Assembly (NCBI GenBank): GCA_013426185.1
Contig: CP058602.1
Location: forward strand, 628,549 to 692,548
Reading direction: 5' to 3'
DNA: 64,000 nt
DNA from: Candidatus Woesebacteria bacterium
Lineage (GTDB): Bacteria > Patescibacteriota > Microgenomatia > UBA8517
Shown here piece after piece: positions 63,226 to 64,000 of this stretch. How positions within the stretch are numbered: the stretch's first letter is position 1; each line of letters opens with the position of its first letter. The notes below the pieces were generated by a model. The model was not told where the DNA came from. It saw only the letters and a program-made list of their open reading frames with translations, and made no database searches. The translations under genes were made by a program, and so were the position numbers.

Positions 63226-63971
63226 TTTTTGAGTGTTTCGGGAACAAAATCTGACAGATCGTCGGCGTTATAGTTAAACCCAACTTTTTTGTAAAGTTCA
63301 TCCGCTGCCCTTTTGACGATGAAAGAAGCAACAGAAGCAGCAAGAAGAGGTTCGTTTTTAGCAAGAAGAGCAGTGACAAGGCCTGCTAGAACATCTCCTG
63401 TTCCTCCTTTGGTTAATCCAGCATTACCGCCTTTGACAACAACTACTTCTTTGGGAGACGAGACCAATGTTTCAGCTCCTTTTAGGACTATGTAAATTTT
63501 GTATTTTTGGGAAAGAGATTTTAAAAGTTCTGCTTTTTCTCTGCCTGGCATTGTGTCAATGCCTTTTGATTCATCTTTAAAAACAAGCTTAAATTCGCGC
63601 TTGTTGGGGGTGATAATGGCATTTTGAGGAATGTCTTTTGCTTCTATTGTCTGCAGGCTTCCGGCGTCAATTACCCATTTTTTCTGTGGAAATTTTTTGA
63701 TTAGATTCTTGGTTATTTTCTTTGTCTTTTCTGCTTCTATGCCGCATTTTCCATCCTCTAAGCACTCTTTCCTTTGCTTTTCATTTCTATAGCGCATAAA
63801 ACCTGATCCGATTAAAATAGCGTCTGATTTTTTAATGTATTCTTCTACTTCTTCCCAAGGTACCCAGATAAAAGATGAAAGTTGAGCTTTGATGATAGAT
63901 GCTACTTCTCTTAGTGGTTTTTCAGGAGAGGAAAAGAAGACCATATCAACAATTCTTGAAGCAGTCTTCAA
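63207..63971 (-). CDS. nnrD: ADP-dependent NAD(P)H-hydrate dehydratase (YjeF C-terminal domain / carbohydrate kinase family)
   Basis: GGNAGLTKGGTGDVLAGLVTALLA motif. The ORF may continue beyond the window end. Confidence 0.65.
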   Translation of the reverse strand: MKTASRIVDMVFFSSPEKPLREVASIIKAQLSSFIWVPWEEVEEYIKKSDAILIGSGFMRYRNEKQRKECLEDGKCGIEAEKTKKITKNLIKKFPQKKWVIDAGSLQTIEAKDIPQNAIITPNKREFKLVFKDESKGIDTMPGREKAELLKSLSQKYKIYIVLKGAETLVSSPKEVVVVKGGNAGLTKGGTGDVLAGLVTALLAKNEPLLAASVASFIVKRAADELYKKVGFNYNADDLSDFVPETLKKWTREK

Positions 63972-64000
63972 GGCTAGAATAGGCGCGCCATGAAAAAGGG

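Noticed and set aside
1-64000. rRNA genes, RNase P RNA, SRP RNA
   Set aside because: I scanned intergenic stretches for the conserved cores (for example the RNase P P4 region and the SRP GGAA tetraloop helix) and found none.

Overview
This is an AT-rich window of about 35% GC, densely coded with many small and fused genes, which suits a Candidate Phyla Radiation (Patescibacteria-like) genome; that lineage call is inference.

The recognisable landmarks are:
- 1-6.4 kb: VanW, DedA, a TsaC-TsaE fusion, TsaD and ValRS.
- 13.5-18.3 kb: the chromosomal origin neighbourhood, read on the minus strand as rpmH-rnpA-yidD-yidC-jag, then dnaA-dnaN on the plus strand, with consensus DnaA boxes (TTATCCACA) upstream of dnaA and between dnaA and dnaN.
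- 18.3-36.4 kb: a large minus-strand cluster that looks like a type IV secretion / pilus apparatus. It has a VirB4-family ATPase that may be split into an N-terminal-like ORF and the ATPase body. It has a VirB3-like membrane protein, a VirB6-like polytopic protein, and a 993-aa protein ending in an M23 peptidase. It has a 780-aa Cys-rich secreted protein ending in a GH23/SLT lytic transglycosylase. It ends with eight tandem paralogous small two-helix pilin-like genes. No VirD4 coupling protein or relaxase is present.
- 36.4-40.9 kb: a SpoIID/LytB protein and a bacterial-PH membrane protein.
- 41 kb: smpB followed by tmRNA, which carries the G3:U70 alanine identity pair.
- 44.7-50.2 kb: a likely integrated island next to tRNA-Ser(CGA). 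It carries a C-protein / restriction enzyme / methyltransferase module, an OLD-family (GajA-like) ATPase-Toprim nuclease, and a large serine recombinase that has lost its catalytic N-terminus. It is flanked by rearranged repeats and a degenerate partial tRNA copy.
- 50.2-52.1 kb: a tRNA cluster holding all four tRNA-Ser isoacceptors, two tRNA-Arg and two partial tRNA-Ser(TGA) duplicates.
- 52.7-55.5 kb: dnaG-rpoD.
- 56.7-64 kb: tRNA-Asn and a run of minus-strand genes (ASCH, adenylate-kinase-like, CYTH, folE), then YibE/F, a thermonuclease and a YjeF-C dehydratase.

A dispersed AT-rich repeat family of about 0.1-0.55 kb has four copies, R1 to R4. It contains a conserved 9-bp-stem hairpin and a heptad tract; R1 is inverted relative to R2. 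No rRNA genes and no CRISPR array were seen.
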